Below, one piece after another: positions 37,901 to 53,000 of a DNA stretch of 64,000 nt (the first letter of the stretch is position 1; each line of letters starts with the position of its first letter). The DNA is from Camelus dromedarius (lineage: Eukaryota), in assembly GCF_036321535.1 (NCBI RefSeq), contig NC_087436.1, positions 2,976,001 to 3,040,000 on the forward strand, given 5' to 3'. The position numbers and the translations under genes are program-made. The notes below the pieces were generated by a model. The model did no database searches, had not been told where the DNA came from, and worked only from the letters and a program-made list of their open reading frames with translations.

Positions 37901-40900
37901 TGCAGTTTTCACTGTAAAACAGATTTGGAGTTAGTACTTCCCCATATATATTTATGGAGTGGGGTTTGCAACTGAAAAGAAACTTTGTGTTCCCAACAAG
38001 CTAGGTGAAGGACGGTTTTCACACACACTTATCTCTCAGAACTGAGCATGTGTAGAGACTTTCGTTCATCTAGGAAAAAGGGAATGGGTTGCAGGTGTAA
38101 CTTTTACTCTGGTTTCTCAGTCTGTTTCCTAGTGCCGGTTTGATGTTCCTGCAGTTTTCACTGTAAAACCGAGTTGGAGCTAGTACTTCCCCATAAATAT
38201 GTTTGGAGTGGAGTTTGCAACTGAAAAGATACTTTTTGTTTCCATAAAGATAGGTGAAGGACGGCTTTCACACACACTTATCTCTCAGAACTGAGCATGT
38301 GGAGAGACGTTCGTTCATCTAGCCTAAAGAACGGGTTGCAGGAGAAACTTTAACTCTGGATTCTCAGTCTGTTTCCTAGTGCCGGTTTGAAGTTCCTGCA
38401 GTTTTCACTGTAAAACCGAGTTGGAGCTAGTACCTAACCATATATATGTATGGAGTGAAGTTTGCAACTGAAAAGAAACTTTGTGTACCCAACAAGCTAG
38501 GTGAAGGACGACTTTCACACACACGTATCTCTCAGAACTGTGCATGTGGAGAGACGTTCTTTCATCTAGCACAAATGGAACGGGTTGCAGGAGAAACTTT
38601 TACTATGGTTTCTCAGTCTGTTTCCTAGTGCCGGTTTGAAGTTCCTGCAGTTTTCACTGTAAAACCGAGTTGGAGCTAGTACTTCCCCATAAATATGTAT
38701 GGAGTGGAGTTTGCACCTGAAAAGAAACTTTGTGTTCCCAAAAAGCTAGGTGAATTACGGCTTTCACACACACTTATCTCTCAGAACTGAGCATGTGGAT
38801 AGACGTTCGTTCATCTAGCACAAAGGGAATGGGGTGCAGGAGAAACATTTACTCTGGTTTCTCAGTCTGTTTTCTAGTGCCGGTTGAAGTTCCTGCAGTT
38901 TTCACTGTAAAACCGAGTTGGAGCTAGTACCTCCCCATATATATGTATGGAGTGTAGTTTGCAAGTGAAAAGAAACTTTGTGTTCCCAAAAAGCTAGGTG
39001 AAGGACGGCTTTTACACACACATATCTCTCAGAACTGAGCATGTGGAGAGACGTTCGTTCATCTAGCACAAAGGGAACGGTTTGCAGGAGAAAATATTAC
39101 TCTGGTTTCCCAGTCTGTTTCCTAGTGCCGGTTTGATGTTCCTGCAGTTTTCACTGTAGAACCGAGTTGGAGCTAGTACCTCCCCATATATATGTATGGA
39201 TTGGAGTTTGAAAGTGAAAAGAATCTTTGTGTTCCGAAAAGCTAGTTGAAGGACGGCTTTCACACACACATATCTCTCAGAAATGAGCATGTGGAGAGAC
39301 GTTCGTTCATCTAGCAAAAAGTAAACGGGTGGCAGGAGAAACTTTTACTCTGGTTTCTCAGTCTGTTTCCTAGTGCTGGTTTGAAGTTCCTGCAGTTTTC
39401 ACTGTAAAACGAGTTGGAGCTTGTACCTCCCCATATATATGTATGGAGTGGAGTTTGCAACTGAAAAGAAACTTTATGTTCCCAACAAGCTAGGTGAAGG
39501 ACGACTTTCACACACACTTATCTCTCAGAACTGAGCATGTGGAGAGACGTTCGTTCATCTAGCACAAAGTGAACCAGTTGCAGGAGAATCTATTACTCTG
39601 GCTTCTCAGTCTGTTTCCTAGTGCCGGGTTGAAGTTCCTGCAGATTTCACTGTAAAACCGAGTTGGGGCTTGTACCAACCCCTTATATATGTATGGAGTG
39701 GAGTTTGCAACTGAAAAGATACTTTGTGTTCCCAACAAGCTAGGTGAAGGACGGCTTTCACACACACTTATCTCTCAGAACTGAGCATGTTGAGAGATGT
39801 TCGTTCATCTAGCAAAAAGAGAACGGGTTGCAGGAGAATCTTTTACTCTGGTTTCTCAGTCTGATTCCTAGTGCCGGTTTGAGCTTCCTGCAGTTTTCAC
39901 TGTAAAACAGATTTTTAGTTAGTACTTCCCCATATATATTTATGGAGTGGGGTTTGCAACTGAAAAGAAACTTTGTGTTCCCAACAAGCTAGGTGAAGGA
40001 CGGTTTTCACACACACTTATCTCTCAGAACTGAGCATGTGTAGAGACTTTCGTTCATCTAGGAAAAAGGGAATGGGTTGCAGGTGTAACTTTTACTCTGG
40101 TTTCTCAGTCTGTTTCCTAGTGCCGGTTTGATGTTCCTGCAGTTTTCACTGTAAAACCGAGTTGGAGCTAGTACTTCCCAATAAATATGTTTGGAGTGGA
40201 GTTTGCAACTGAAAAGATACTTTTTGTTTCCAAAAAGATAGGTGAAGGACGGCTTTCACACACACTTATCTCTCAGAACTGAGCATGTGGAGAGACGTTC
40301 GTTCATCTAGCCTAAATAACGGGTTGCAGGAGAAACTTTAACTCTGGTTTCTCAGTCTGTTTCCTAGTGCCGGTTTGAAGTTCCTGCAGTTTTCACTGTA
40401 AAACCGAGTTGGAGCTAGTACCTAACCATATATATGCATGGAGTGAAGTTTGCAACTGAAAAGAAACTTTGTGTACCCAACAAGCTAGGTGAAGGACGAC
40501 TTTCACACACACGTATCTCTCAGAACTGTGCATGTGGAGAGACGTTCTTTCATCTAGCACAAATGGAACGGGTTGCAGGAGAAACTTTTATTCTGGTTTC
40601 TCAGTCTGTTTCCTAGTGCCGGTTTGAAGTTCCTGCAGTTTTCACTGTAAAACCGACTTGGAGCTAGTACTTCCCCATAAATATGTATGGAGTGCAGTTT
40701 GCAACTGAAAAGATACTTTGTGTTCCCAAAAAGCTAGGTGAATTACGGCTTTCACACACACGTATCTCTCAGAACTGAGCATGTGGAGAGACGTTCCTTA
40801 ATCTAGCACAAATGGAACGGGTTGCAGGAGAAACTTTTCTTCTGGATTCTCAGTCTGTTTCCCAGTGCCGGTTTGAAGTTCCTGCAGATTTCACTGTAAA

Positions 40901-41029
40901 ACCGAGTTGGAGCTAGTACTTCCCCATAAATATATATGGAGTGGAGTTTGCAACTGAAAAGATACTTTGTGTTCCCAAAAAGCTAGGTGTAGGACGGCTT
41001 TCACACAAACTTATCTCTCAGAACTGAGC

Positions 41030-44000
41030 ATGTGGAGAGACGATCGTTCATCTAGGCAAAAGGAACGGGTTGCAGGAGAAACTTTACTCTGGTTTCTCAG
41101 ACTGTTTCCTAGTGCCAGTTTGAAGTTCCTGCAGTTTTCACTGTAAAACCGATGTGGAGCTAGTACCTAACCATATATATGTGTGGAGTGAAGTTTGCAA
41201 CTGAAAAGAAACTTTGTGTACCCAACAAGCTAGGTGAAGTACGACATTCACACACACGTATCTCTCAGAACTGAGCATGTGGATAGACGTTCACTCATCT
41301 AGCACAAAGGGAACGGGTTGCAGGAAAAACTTTTACTCTGGTTTCTCAGTCTGTTTCGTATTGCCGGTTTGAATTTCCTACAGTTTTCACTGTAAAACAG
41401 AGTTGGGGCTAGTAGCTCCCCATAAATATTTATGGAGTGGAGTTTGCATCTGAAAAGAAACTTTGTGTTCCTAACAAGCTAGGTGAAGGACGGCTTTCAC
41501 ACACACTTATCTCTCAGAACTGAGCATGTGGAGAGACGTTTGTTCATCTAGCACAAAGGGAACGGGTTGCAGTAGAAAACATTACTCTGGTTTCTCAGGC
41601 TGTTTCCTAGTGCCGGTTTGAAGTTCCTGCATTTTTCACTGTAAAACGTAGTTGGAGCTATTACCTCCCCATATATATGTACGGATTGGAGTTTGCAAGT
41701 AAAAAGAATCTTTGTGTTCCTAACAAGCTAGGTGAAGAATGGCTTTCACACACACTTATCTCCCAGAACTGAGCATGTGGAGAGACGTTCGTTCATCTAG
41801 CACAAAGGGAACGGGTTGCAGGAGAAAAATTTACTGTGGTTTCTCAGTCTGTTTCGTAGTGCCGGTTTGAAGTTCCTGCAGTTTTCACTGTAAAACCGAG
41901 TTGGGGCTAGTAGCTCCCCATAAATATGTATGGAGTGGAGTTTGCACCTGAAAAGAAACTTTGTGTTCCCAACAAGCTAGGTGAATTACGGCTTTCACAC
42001 ACACTTATCTCTCAGAACTGAGCATGTGGAGAGACGTTCGTTCATCTAGCACAAAGGGAACGGGGTGCAGGAGATACATTTACTCTGGTTTCTCAGTCTG
42101 TTTTCTAGTGCAAGTTGAAGTTCCTGCAGTTTTCACTGTAAAACCGAGTTGGAGCTAGTACCTCCCCATATATATGTATGGAGTGTAGTTTTCAAGTGAA
42201 AAGAAACTTTGTGTTCCCAAAAAGCTAGGTGAAGGACGGCTTTTACACACACATATCTCTCAGAACTGAGCATGTGGAGAGACGTTCGTTCATCTAGCAC
42301 AAAGGGAACGGTTTGCAGGAGAAAATATTTCTCTGGTTTCCCAGTCTGTTTCCTAGTGCCGGTTTGATGTTCCTGCATTTTTCACTGTAGAACCGATTTG
42401 GAGCTAGTACCTCCCCATATATATGTATGGATTGGAGTTTGAAAGTGAAAAGAATCTTTGTGTTCATAAAAGCTAGGTGAAGGACGGCTTTCACACACAC
42501 TTATCTCTCAGAAATGAGCATGTGGAGAGACGTTCGTTCATCTAGCACAAAGTAAACGGGTTGCAGGGGAAACTTTTACTCTGGTTTCTCAGTCTGTTTC
42601 CTAGTGCTGGTTTGAAGTTCCTGCAGTTTTCACTGTAAAACCGAGTTGGAGCTTCTACCTCCCCATATATATGTATGGAGTGGAGTTTGCAACTGAAAAG
42701 AAACTTTATGTTCCCAACAAGCTAGGTGAAGGACGACTTTCACACACACTTATCTCTCAGAACTGAGCATGTGGAGAGACGTTCGTTCATCTAGCACAAA
42801 GGGAACGAGTTGCAGGAGAATCTATTACTCTGGCTTCTCAGTCTGTTTCCTAGTGCCGGGTTGAAGTTCCTGCAGATTTCACTGTAAAACCGAGTTGGGG
42901 CTTGTACCAACCCCTTATATATGTATGGAGTGGAGTTTGCAACTGAAAAGATACTTTGTGTTCCCAACAAGCTAGGTGAAGAACGGCTTTCACACACACT
43001 TATCTCTCAGAACTGAGCATGTTGAGAGATGTTCGTTCATCTATCAAAAAGAGAACGGGTTGCAGGAGAATCTTTTACTCTGGTTTCTCAGTCTGATTCC
43101 TAATGCCGGTTTGAACTTCCTGCAGTTTTCACTGTAAAACAGATTTGGAGTTAGTACTTCCCCATATATATTTATGGAGTGGGGTTTGCAACTGAAAAGA
43201 AACTTTGTGTTCCCAACAAGCTAGGTGAAGGACGGTTTTCACACACACTTATCTCTCAGAACTGAGCATGTGTAGAGACTTTCGTTCATCTAGGAAAAAG
43301 GGAATGGGTTGCAGGTGTAACTTTTACTCTGGTTTCTCAGTCTGTTTCCTAGTGCCGGTTTGATGTTCCTGCAGTTTTCACTGTAAAACCGAGTTGGAGC
43401 TAGTACTTCCCCATAAATATGTTTGGAGTGGAGTTTGCAACTGAAAAGATACTTTTTGTTTCCATAAAGATAGGTGAAGGACGGCTTTCACACACACTTA
43501 TCTCTCAGAACTGAGCATGTGGAGAGACGTTCGTTCATCTAGCCTAAAGAACGGGTTGCAGGAGAAACTTTAACTCTGGATTCTCAGTCTGTTTCCTAGT
43601 GCCGGTTTGAAGTTCCTGCAGTTTTCACTGTAAAACCGAGTTGGAGCTAGTACCTAACCATATATATGTATGGAGTGAAGTTTGCAACTGAAAAGAAACT
43701 TTGTGTACCCAACAAGCTAGGTGAAGGACGACTTTCACACACACGTATCTCTCAGAACTGTGCATGTGGAGAGACGTTCTTTCATCTAGCACAAATGGAA
43801 CGGGTTGCAGGAGAAACTTTTACTCTGGTTTCTTAGTCTGTTTCCTAGTGCCGGTTTGAAGTTCCTGCAGTTTTCACTGTAAAACCGAGTTGGAGCTAGT
43901 ACTTCCCCATAAATATGTATGGAGTTGGAGTTTGCAACTGAAAAGATACTTTGTGTTCCCAAAAAGCTAGGTGAATTACGGCTTTCACACACACGTATCT

Positions 44001-47000
44001 CTCAGAACTGAGCATGTGGAGAGACGATCGTTCATCTAGGCAAAAGGAACGGGTTGCAGGAGAAACTTTACTCTGGTTTCTCAGACTGTTTCCTAGTGCC
44101 AGTTTGAAGTTCCTGCAGTTTTCACTGTAAAACCGATGTGGAGCTAGTACCTAACCATATATATGTGTGGAGTGAAGTTTGCAACTGAAAAGAAACTTTG
44201 TGTACCCAACAAGCTAGGTGAAGTACGACATTCACACACACGTATCTCTCAGAACTGAGCATGTGGAGAGACGTTCACTCATCTAGCACAAAGGAACGGG
44301 TTGCAGGAAAAACTTTTACTCTGGTTTCTCAGTCTGTTTCGTATTGCCGGTTTGAATTTCCTACAGTTTTCACTGTAAAACAGAGTTGGGGCTAGTAGCT
44401 ACCCATAAATATTTATGGAGTGGAGTTTGCATCTGAAAAGAAACTTTGTGTTCCTAACAAGCTAGGTGAAGGACGGCTTTCACACACACTTATCTCTCAG
44501 AACTGAGCATGTGGAGAGACGTTTGTTCATCTAGCACAAAGGGAACGGGTTGCAGTAGAAAACATTACTCTGGTTTCTCAGGCTGTTTCCTAGTGCCGGT
44601 TTGAAGTTCCTGCATTTTTCACTGTAAAACGTAGTTGGAGCTATTACCTCCCCATATATATGTACGGATAGGAGTTTGCAAGTAAAAAGAATCTTTGTGT
44701 TCCTAACAAGCTAGGTGAAGAATGGCTTTCACACACACTTATCTCCCAGAACTGAGCATGTGGAGAGACGTTCGTTCATCTAGCACAAAGGGAACGGGTT
44801 GCAGGAGAAAAATTTACTGTGGTTTCTCAGTCTGTTTCGTAGTGCCGGTTTGAAGTTCCTGCAGTTTTCACTGTAAAACCGAGTTGGGGCTAGTAGCTCC
44901 CCATAAATATGTATGGAGTGGAGTTTGCACCTGAAAAGAAACTTTGTGTTCCCAACAAGCTAGGTGAATTACGGCTTTCACACACACTTATCTCTCAGAA
45001 CTGAGCATGTGGAGAGACGTTCGTTCATCTAGCACAAAGGGAACGGGGTGCAGGAGAAACATTTACTCTGGTTTCTCAGTCTGTTTTCTAGTGCAAGTTG
45101 AAGTTCCTGCAGTTTTCACTGTAAAACCGAGTTGGAGCTAGTACCTCCCCATATATATGTATGGAGTGTAGTTTTCAAGTGAAAAGAAACTTTGTGTTCC
45201 CAAAAAGCTAGGTGAAGGACGGCTTTTACACACACATATCTCTCAGAACTGAGCATGTGGAGAGACGTTCGTTCATCTAGCACAAAGGGAACGGTTTGCA
45301 GGAGAAAATATTACTCTGGTTTCCCAGTCTGTTTCCTAGTGCCGGTTTGATGTTCCTGCATTTTTCACTGTAGAACCGATTTGGAGCTAGTACCTCCCCA
45401 TATATATGTATGGATTGGAGTTTGAAAGTGAAAAGAATCTTTGTGTTCATAAAAGCTAGGTGAAGGACGGCTTTCACACACACTTATCTCTCAGAAATGA
45501 GCATGTGGAGAGACGTTCGTTCATCTAGCACAAAGTAAACGGGTTGCAGGGGAAACTTTTACTCTGGTTTCTCAGTCTGTTTCCTAGTGCTGGTTTGAAG
45601 TTCCTGCAGTTTTCACTGTAAAACCGAGTTGGAGCTTCTACCTCCCCATATATATGTATGGAGTGGAGTTTGCAACTGAAAAGAAACTTTATGTTCCCAA
45701 CAAGCTAGGTGAAGGACGACTTTCACACACACTTATCTCTCAGAACTGAGCATGTGGAGAGACGTTCGTTCATCTAGCACAAAGGGAACGAGTTGCAGGA
45801 GAATCTATTACTCTGGCTTCTCAGTCTGTTTCCTAGTGCCGGGTTGAAGTTCCTGCAGATTTCACTGTAAAACCGAGTTGGGGCTTGTACCAACCCCTTA
45901 TATATGTATGGAGTGGAGTTTGCAACTGAAAAGATACTTTGTGTTCCCAACAAGCTAGGTGAAGAACGGCTTTCACACACACTTATCTCTCAGAACTGAG
46001 CATGTTGAGAGATGTTCGTTCATCTAGCAAAAAGAGAACGGGTTGCAGGAGAATCTTTTACTCTGGTTTCTCAGTCTGATTCCTAATGCCGGTTTGAACT
46101 TCCTGCAGTTTTCACTGTAAAACAGATTTGGAGTTAGTACTTCCCCATATATATTTATGGAGTGGGGTTTGCAACTGAAAAGAAACTTTGTGTTCCCAAC
46201 AAGCTAGGTGAAGGACGGTTTTCACACACACTTATCTCTCAGAACTGAGCATGTGTAGAGACTTTCGTTCATCTAGGAAAAAGGGAATGGGTTGCAGGTG
46301 TAACTTTTACTCTGGTTTCTCAGTCTGTTTCCTAGTGCCGGTTTGATGTTCCTGCAGTTTTCACTGTAAAACCGAGTTGGAGCTAGTACTTCCCCATAAA
46401 TATGTTTGGAGTGGAGTTTGCAACTGAAAAGATACTTTTTGTTTCCATAAAGATAGGTGAAGGACGGCTTTCACACACACTTATCTCTCAGAACTGAGCA
46501 TGTGGAGAGACGTTCGTTCATCTAGCCTAAAGAACGGGTTGCAGGAGAAACTTTAACTCTGGATTCTCAGTCTGTTTCCTAGTGCCGGTTTGAAGTTCCT
46601 GCAGTTTTCACTGTAAAACCGAGTTGGAGCTAGTACCTAACCATATATATGTATGGAGTGAAGTTTGCAACTGAAAAGAAACTTTGTGTACCCAACAAGC
46701 TAGGTGAAGGACGACTTTCACACACACGTATCTCTCAGAACTGTGCATGTGGAGAGACGTTCTTTCATCTAGCACAAATGGAACGGGTTGCAGGAGAAAC
46801 TTTTACTCTGGTTTCTTAGTCTGTTTCCTAGTGCCGGTTTGAAGTTCCTGCAGTTTTCACTGTAAAACCGAGATGGAGCTAGTACTTCCCCATAAATATG
46901 TATGGAGTTGGAGTTTGCAACTGAAAAGATACTTTGTGTTCCCAAAAAGCTAGGTGAATTACGGCTTTCACACACACGTATCTCTCAGAACTGAGCATGT
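41030..47000 (+). repeat. 12-monomer (2983 bp) near-identical tandem duplication
   Basis: ORF pairs 42294/45277, 42791/45774 and 43786/46769 all have offset 2983. Private variants 'gtgcaagttgaag', 'gttcataaaag' and 'gcttctacc' appear in both copies. Confidence 0.92.
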
Positions 47001-50000
47001 GGAGAGACGATCGTTCATCTAGGCAAAAGGAACGGGTTGCAGGAGAAACTTTACTCTGGTTTCTCAGACTGTTTCCTAGTGCCGGTTTGAAGTTCCTGCA
47101 GTTTTCACTGTAAAACCGAGGTGGAGCTAGTACCTAACCATATATATGTGTGGAGTGAAGTTTGCAACTGAAAAGAAACTTTGTGTACCCAACAAGCTAG
47201 GTGAAGTACGACATTCACACACACGTATCTCTCAGAACTGAGCATGTGGAGAGACGTTCATTCATCTAGCACAAAAGGAACGGGTTGCAGGAGAAACTTT
47301 TACTCTGGTTTCTCAGTCTGTTTCGTATTGCCGGTTTGAATTTCCTACAGTTTTCACTGTAAAATAGAATTGGGGCTAGTAGTTCCCCATAAATATGTAT
47401 GGAGTGGAGTTTGCATCTGAAAAGAAACTTTGTGTTCCTAACAAGCTAGGTGAAGGACGGCTTTCACACACACTTATCTCTCAGAACTGAGCATGTGGAG
47501 AGACGTTTGTTCATCTAGCACAAAGGAAACGGGTTGCAGTAGAAAACTTTACTCTGGTTTCTCAGGCTGTTTCCTAGTGCCGGTTTGAAGTTCCTGCATT
47601 TTTCACTGTAAAACGTAGTTGGAGCTAGTACCTCCCCATATATATGTACGGATTGGAGTTTGCAAGTAAAAAGAATCTTTGTGTTCCCAACAAGCTAGGT
47701 GAAGAATGGCTTTCACACACACTTATCTCCCAGAACTGAGCATGTGGAGAGACGTTCGTTCATCTAGCACAAAGGGAACGGGTTGCAGGAGAAAAATTTA
47801 CTGTGGTTTCTCAGTCTGTTTCGTAGTGCCGGTTTGAAGTTCCTGCAGTTTTCACTGTAAAACTGAGTTGGGGCTAGTAGCTCCCCATAAATATGTATGG
47901 AGTGGAGTTTGCAAGTGAAAAGAATCTTTGTCTTCCCAACAAGCTAGGTAAAGGACGGCTTTCACACACACTTATCTCTCAGAAATGAGCATGTGGAGAG
48001 ACGTTCGTTCATCTAGCAAAAAGGGAACGGGTTGCAGGAGAAACTTTTACTCTGGTATCACAGTCTGTTTCCTAGTGCCGTTTTGAATTTCCTGCAGTTT
48101 TCACTGAGAAACCGAGTTGGGGCTAGTACCTCCCCATATATATGTATGGAGTGGTGTTTCAACTGAAAAGAACTTTGTGTTCCCAAAAAGTTAGGTGAAG
48201 GACGGCTTCCACACACACTTATCTCTCAGAACTGTGCATGTGGAGAGACGTTTGTTCATCTAGCACAAAGGAAAAGGGTTGCAGTAGAAAATTTTACTCT
48301 GGTTTCTCAGTCTGTTTCCTAGTGCCGGTTTGAAGTTCCTGCAGTTTTCACTGTAAAACCGAGTTGGAGCTAGTACTTCCCCATAAATATGTATGGAGTG
48401 GAGTTTGCACCTGAAAAGAAACTTTGTGTTCCCAAAAAGCTAGGTGAATTACGGCTTTCACGCACACTTATCTCTCAGAACTGAGCATGTGGAGAGACGT
48501 TCGTTCATCTAGCACAAAGGGAATGGGGTGCAGGAGAAACATTTACTCTGGTTTCTCAGTCTGTTTTCTAGTGCCGGTTGAAGTTCCTGCAGTTTTCACT
48601 GTAAAACCGAGTTGGAGCTAGTACCTCCCCATATATATGTATGGAGTGTAGTTTGCAAGTGAAAAGAAACTTTGTGTTCCCAAAAAGCTAGGTGAAGGAC
48701 GGCTTTTACACACACATATCTCTCAGAACTGAGCATGTGGAGAGACGTTCGTTCATCTAGCACAAATGGAACGGTTTGCAGGAGAAAATATTACTCTGAT
48801 TTCCCAGTCTGTTTCCTAGTGCCGGTTTGATGTTCCTGCAGTTTTCACTGTTGAACCGAGTTGGAGCTAGTACCTCCGCATATATATGTATGGATTGGAG
48901 TTTGAAAGTGAAAAGAATCTTTGTGTTCCGAAAAGCTAGGTGAAGGACGGCTTTCACACACACATATCTCTCAGAAATGAGCATGTGGAGAGACGTTCGT
49001 TCATCTAGCAAAAAGTAAACGGGTGGCAGGAGAAACTTTTACTCTGGTTTCTCAGTCTGTTTCCTAGTGCTGGTTTGAAGTTCCTGCAGTTTTCACTGTA
49101 AACCGAGTTGGAGCTTGTACTTCCCCATATATATGTATGGAGTGGAGTTTGCAACTGAAAAGAAACTTTATGTTCCCAACAAGCTAGGTGAAGGACGACT
49201 TTCACACACACTTATCTCTCAGAACTGAGCATGTGGAGAGACGTTCGTTCATCTAGCACAAAGAGAACGAGTTGCAGGAGAATCTATTACTCTGGCTTCT
49301 CAGTCTGTTTCCTAGTGCCGGGTTGAACTTCCTGCAGTTTTCACTGTAAAACAGATTTGGAGTTAGTACTTCCCCATATATATTTATGGAATGGGGTTTG
49401 CAACTGAAAAGAAACTTTGTGTTCCCAACAAGCTAGGTGAAGGACGGTTTTCACACACACTTATCTCTCAGAACTGAGCATGTGTAGAGACTTTCGTTCA
49501 TCTAGGAAAAAGGGAATGGGTTGCAGGTGTAACTTTTACTCTGGTTTCTCAGTCTGTTTCCTAGTGCCGGTTTGATGTTCCTGCAGTTTTCACTGTAAAA
49601 CCGAGTTGGAGCTAGTACTTCCCAATAAATATGTTTGGAGTGGAGTTTGCAACTGAAAAGATACTTTTGTTTCCAAAAAGATAGGTGAAGGACGGCTTTC
49701 ACACACACTTATCTCTCAGAACTGAGCATGTGGAGAGACGTTCGTTCATCTAGCCTAAATAACGGGTTGCAGGAGAAACTTTAACTCTGGTTTCTCAGTC
49801 TGTTTCCTAGTGCCGGTTTGAAGTTCCTGCAGTTTTCACTGTAAAACCGAGTTGGAGCTAGTACCTAACCATATATATGCATGGAGTGAAGTTTGCAACT
49901 GAAAAGAAACTTTGTGTACCCAACAAGCTAGGTGAAGGACGACTTTCACACACACGTATCTCTCAGAACTGTGCATGTGGAGAGACGTTCTTTCATCTAG

Positions 50001-53000
50001 CACAAATGGAACGGGTTGCAGGAGAAACTTTTACTCTGGTTTCTCAGTCTGTTTCCTAGTGCCGGTTTGAAGTTCCTGCAGTTTTCACTGTAAAACCGAG
50101 TTGGAGCTAGTACTTCCCCATAAATATGTATGGAGTGGAGTTTGCAACTGAAAAGATACTTTGTGTTCCCAAAAAGCTAGGTGAATTACGGCATTCACAC
50201 ACACGTATCTCTCAGAACTGAGCATGTGGAGAGACGTTCCTTAATCTAGCACAAATGGAACGGGTTGCAGGAGAAACTTTTCTTCTGGATTCTCAGTCTG
50301 TTTCCCAGTGCCGGTTTGAAGTTCCTGCAGATTTCACTGTAAAACCGAGTTGGAGCTAGTACTTCCCCATAAATATATATGGAGTGGAGTTTGCAACTGA
50401 AAAGATACTTTGTGTTCCCAAAAAGCTAGGTGAAGGACGGCTTTCACACAAACTTATCTCTCAGAACTGAGCATGTGGAGAGACGATCGTTCATCTAGGC
50501 AAAAGGAACGGGTTGCAGGAGAAACTTTACTCTGGTTTCTCAGACTGTTTCCTAGTGCCAGTTTGAAGTTCCTGCAGTTTTCACTGTAAAACCGAGGTGG
50601 AGCTAGTACCTAACCATATATATGTGTGGAGTGAAGTTTGCAACTGAAAAGAAACTTTGTGTACCCAACAAGCTAGGTGAAGTACGACATTCACACACAC
50701 GTATCTCTCAGAACTGAGCATGTGGAGAGACGTTCACTCATCTAGCACAAAGGGAACGGGTTGCAGGAAAAACTTTTACTCTGGTTTCTCAGTCTGTTTC
50801 GTATTGCCGGTTTGAATTTCCTACAGTTTTCACTGTAAAACAGAGTTGGGGCTAGTAGCTCCCCATAAATATTTATGGAGTGGAGTTTGCATCTGAAAAG
50901 AAACTTTGTGTTCCTAACAAGCTAGGTGAAGGACGGCTTTCACACACACTTATCTCTCAGAACTGAGCATGTGGAGAGACGTTTGTTCATCTAGCACAAA
51001 GGGAACGGGTTGCAGTAGAAAACATTACTCTGGTTTCTCAGGCTGTTTCCTAGTGCCGGTTTGAAGTTCCTGCATTTTTCACTGTAAAACGTAGTTGGAG
51101 CTAGTACCTCCCCATATATATGTACGGATTGGAGTTTGCAAGTAAAAAGAATCTTTGTGTTTCCAACAAGCTAGGTGAAGAATGGCTTTCACACACACTT
51201 ATCTCCCAGAACTGAGCATGTGGAGAGACGTTCGTTCATCTAGCACAAAGGGAACGGGTTGCAGGAGAAAAATTTACTGTGGTTTCTCAGTCTGTTTCGT
51301 AGTGCCGGTTTGAAGTTCCTGCAGTTTTCACTGTAAAACCGAGTTGGGGCTAGTAGCTCCCCATAAATATGTATGGAGTGGAGTTTGCAAGTGAAAAGAA
51401 TCTTTGTCTTCCCAACAAGCTAGGTAAAGGACGGCTTTCACACACATTATCTCTCAGAAATGAGCATGTGGAGAGACGTTCGTTCATCTAGCAAAAAGGG
51501 AACGGGTTGCAGGAGAAACTTTTACTCTGGTATCACAGTCTCTTTCCTAGTGCCGTTTTGAATTTCCTGCAGTTTTCACTGAGAAACCGAGTTGGGGCTA
51601 GTACCTCCCCATATATATGTATGGAGTGGTGTTTCAACTGAAAAGAACTTTGTGTTCCCAAAAAGTTAGGTGAAGGACGGCTTCCACACACACTTATCTC
51701 TCAGAACTGTGCATGTGGAGAGACGTTTGTTCATCTAGCACAAAGGAAAAGGGTTGCAGTAGAAAATTTTACTCTGGTTTCTCAGTCTGTTTCCTAGTGC
51801 CGGTTTGAAGTTCCTGCAGTTTTCACTATAAAACCGAGTTGGAGCTAGTACCTCCCCATATATATGTATGGAGTGGAGTTTGCACCTGAAAAGAAACTTT
51901 GTGTTCCCAACAAGCTAGGTGAATTACGGCTTTCACACACACTTATCTCTCAGAACTGAGCATGTGGAGAGACGTTCGTTCATCTAGCACAAAGGGAACG
52001 GGGTGCAGGAGAAACATTTACTCTGGTTTCTCAGTCTGTTTTCTAGTGCCGGTTGAAGTTCCTGCAGTTTTCACTGTAAAACCGAGTTGGAGCTAGTACC
52101 TCCCCATATATATGTATGGAGTGTAGTTTTCAAGTGAAAAGAAACTTTGTGTTCCCAAAAAGCTAGGTGAAGGACGGCTTTTACACACACATATCTCTCA
52201 GAACTGAGCATGTGGAGAGACGTTCGTTCATCTAGCACAAAGGGAACGGTTTGCAGGAGAAAATATTACTCTGGTTTCCCAGTCTGTTTCCTAGTGCCGG
52301 TTTGATGTTCCTGCATTTTTCACTGTAGAACCGAGTTGGAGCTAGTACCTCCCCATATATATGTATGGATTGGAGTTTGAAAGTGAAAAGAATCTTTGTG
52401 TTCCTAAAAGCTAGGTGAAGGACGGCTTTCACACACACTTATCTCTCAGAAATGAGCATGTGGAGAGACGTTCGTTCATCTAGCACAAAGTAAACGGGTT
52501 GCAGGGGAAACTTTTACTCTGGTTTCTCAGTCTGTTTCCTAGTGCTGGTTTGAAGTTCCTGCAGTTTTCACTGTAAAACCGAGTTGGAGCTTGTACCTCC
52601 CCATATATATGTATGGAGTGGAGTTTGCAACTGAAAAGAAACTTTATGTTCCCAACAAGCTAGGTGAAGGACGACTTTCACACACACTTATCTCTCAGAA
52701 CTGAGCATGTGGAGAGACGTTCGTTCATCTAGCACAAAGGGAACGAGTTGCAGGGGAATCTATTACTCTGGCTTCTCAGTCTGTTTCCTAGTGCCGGGTT
52801 GAATTTCCTGCAGATTTCACTGTAAAACCGAGTTGGGGCTTGTACCAACCCCTTATATATGTATGGAGTGGAGTTTGCAACTGAAAAGATACTTTGTGTT
52901 CCCAACAAGCTAGGTGAAGAACGGATTTCACAAACACTTATCTCTCAGAACTGAGCATGTTGAGAGATGTTCGTTCATCTAGCAAAAAGAGAACGGGTTG

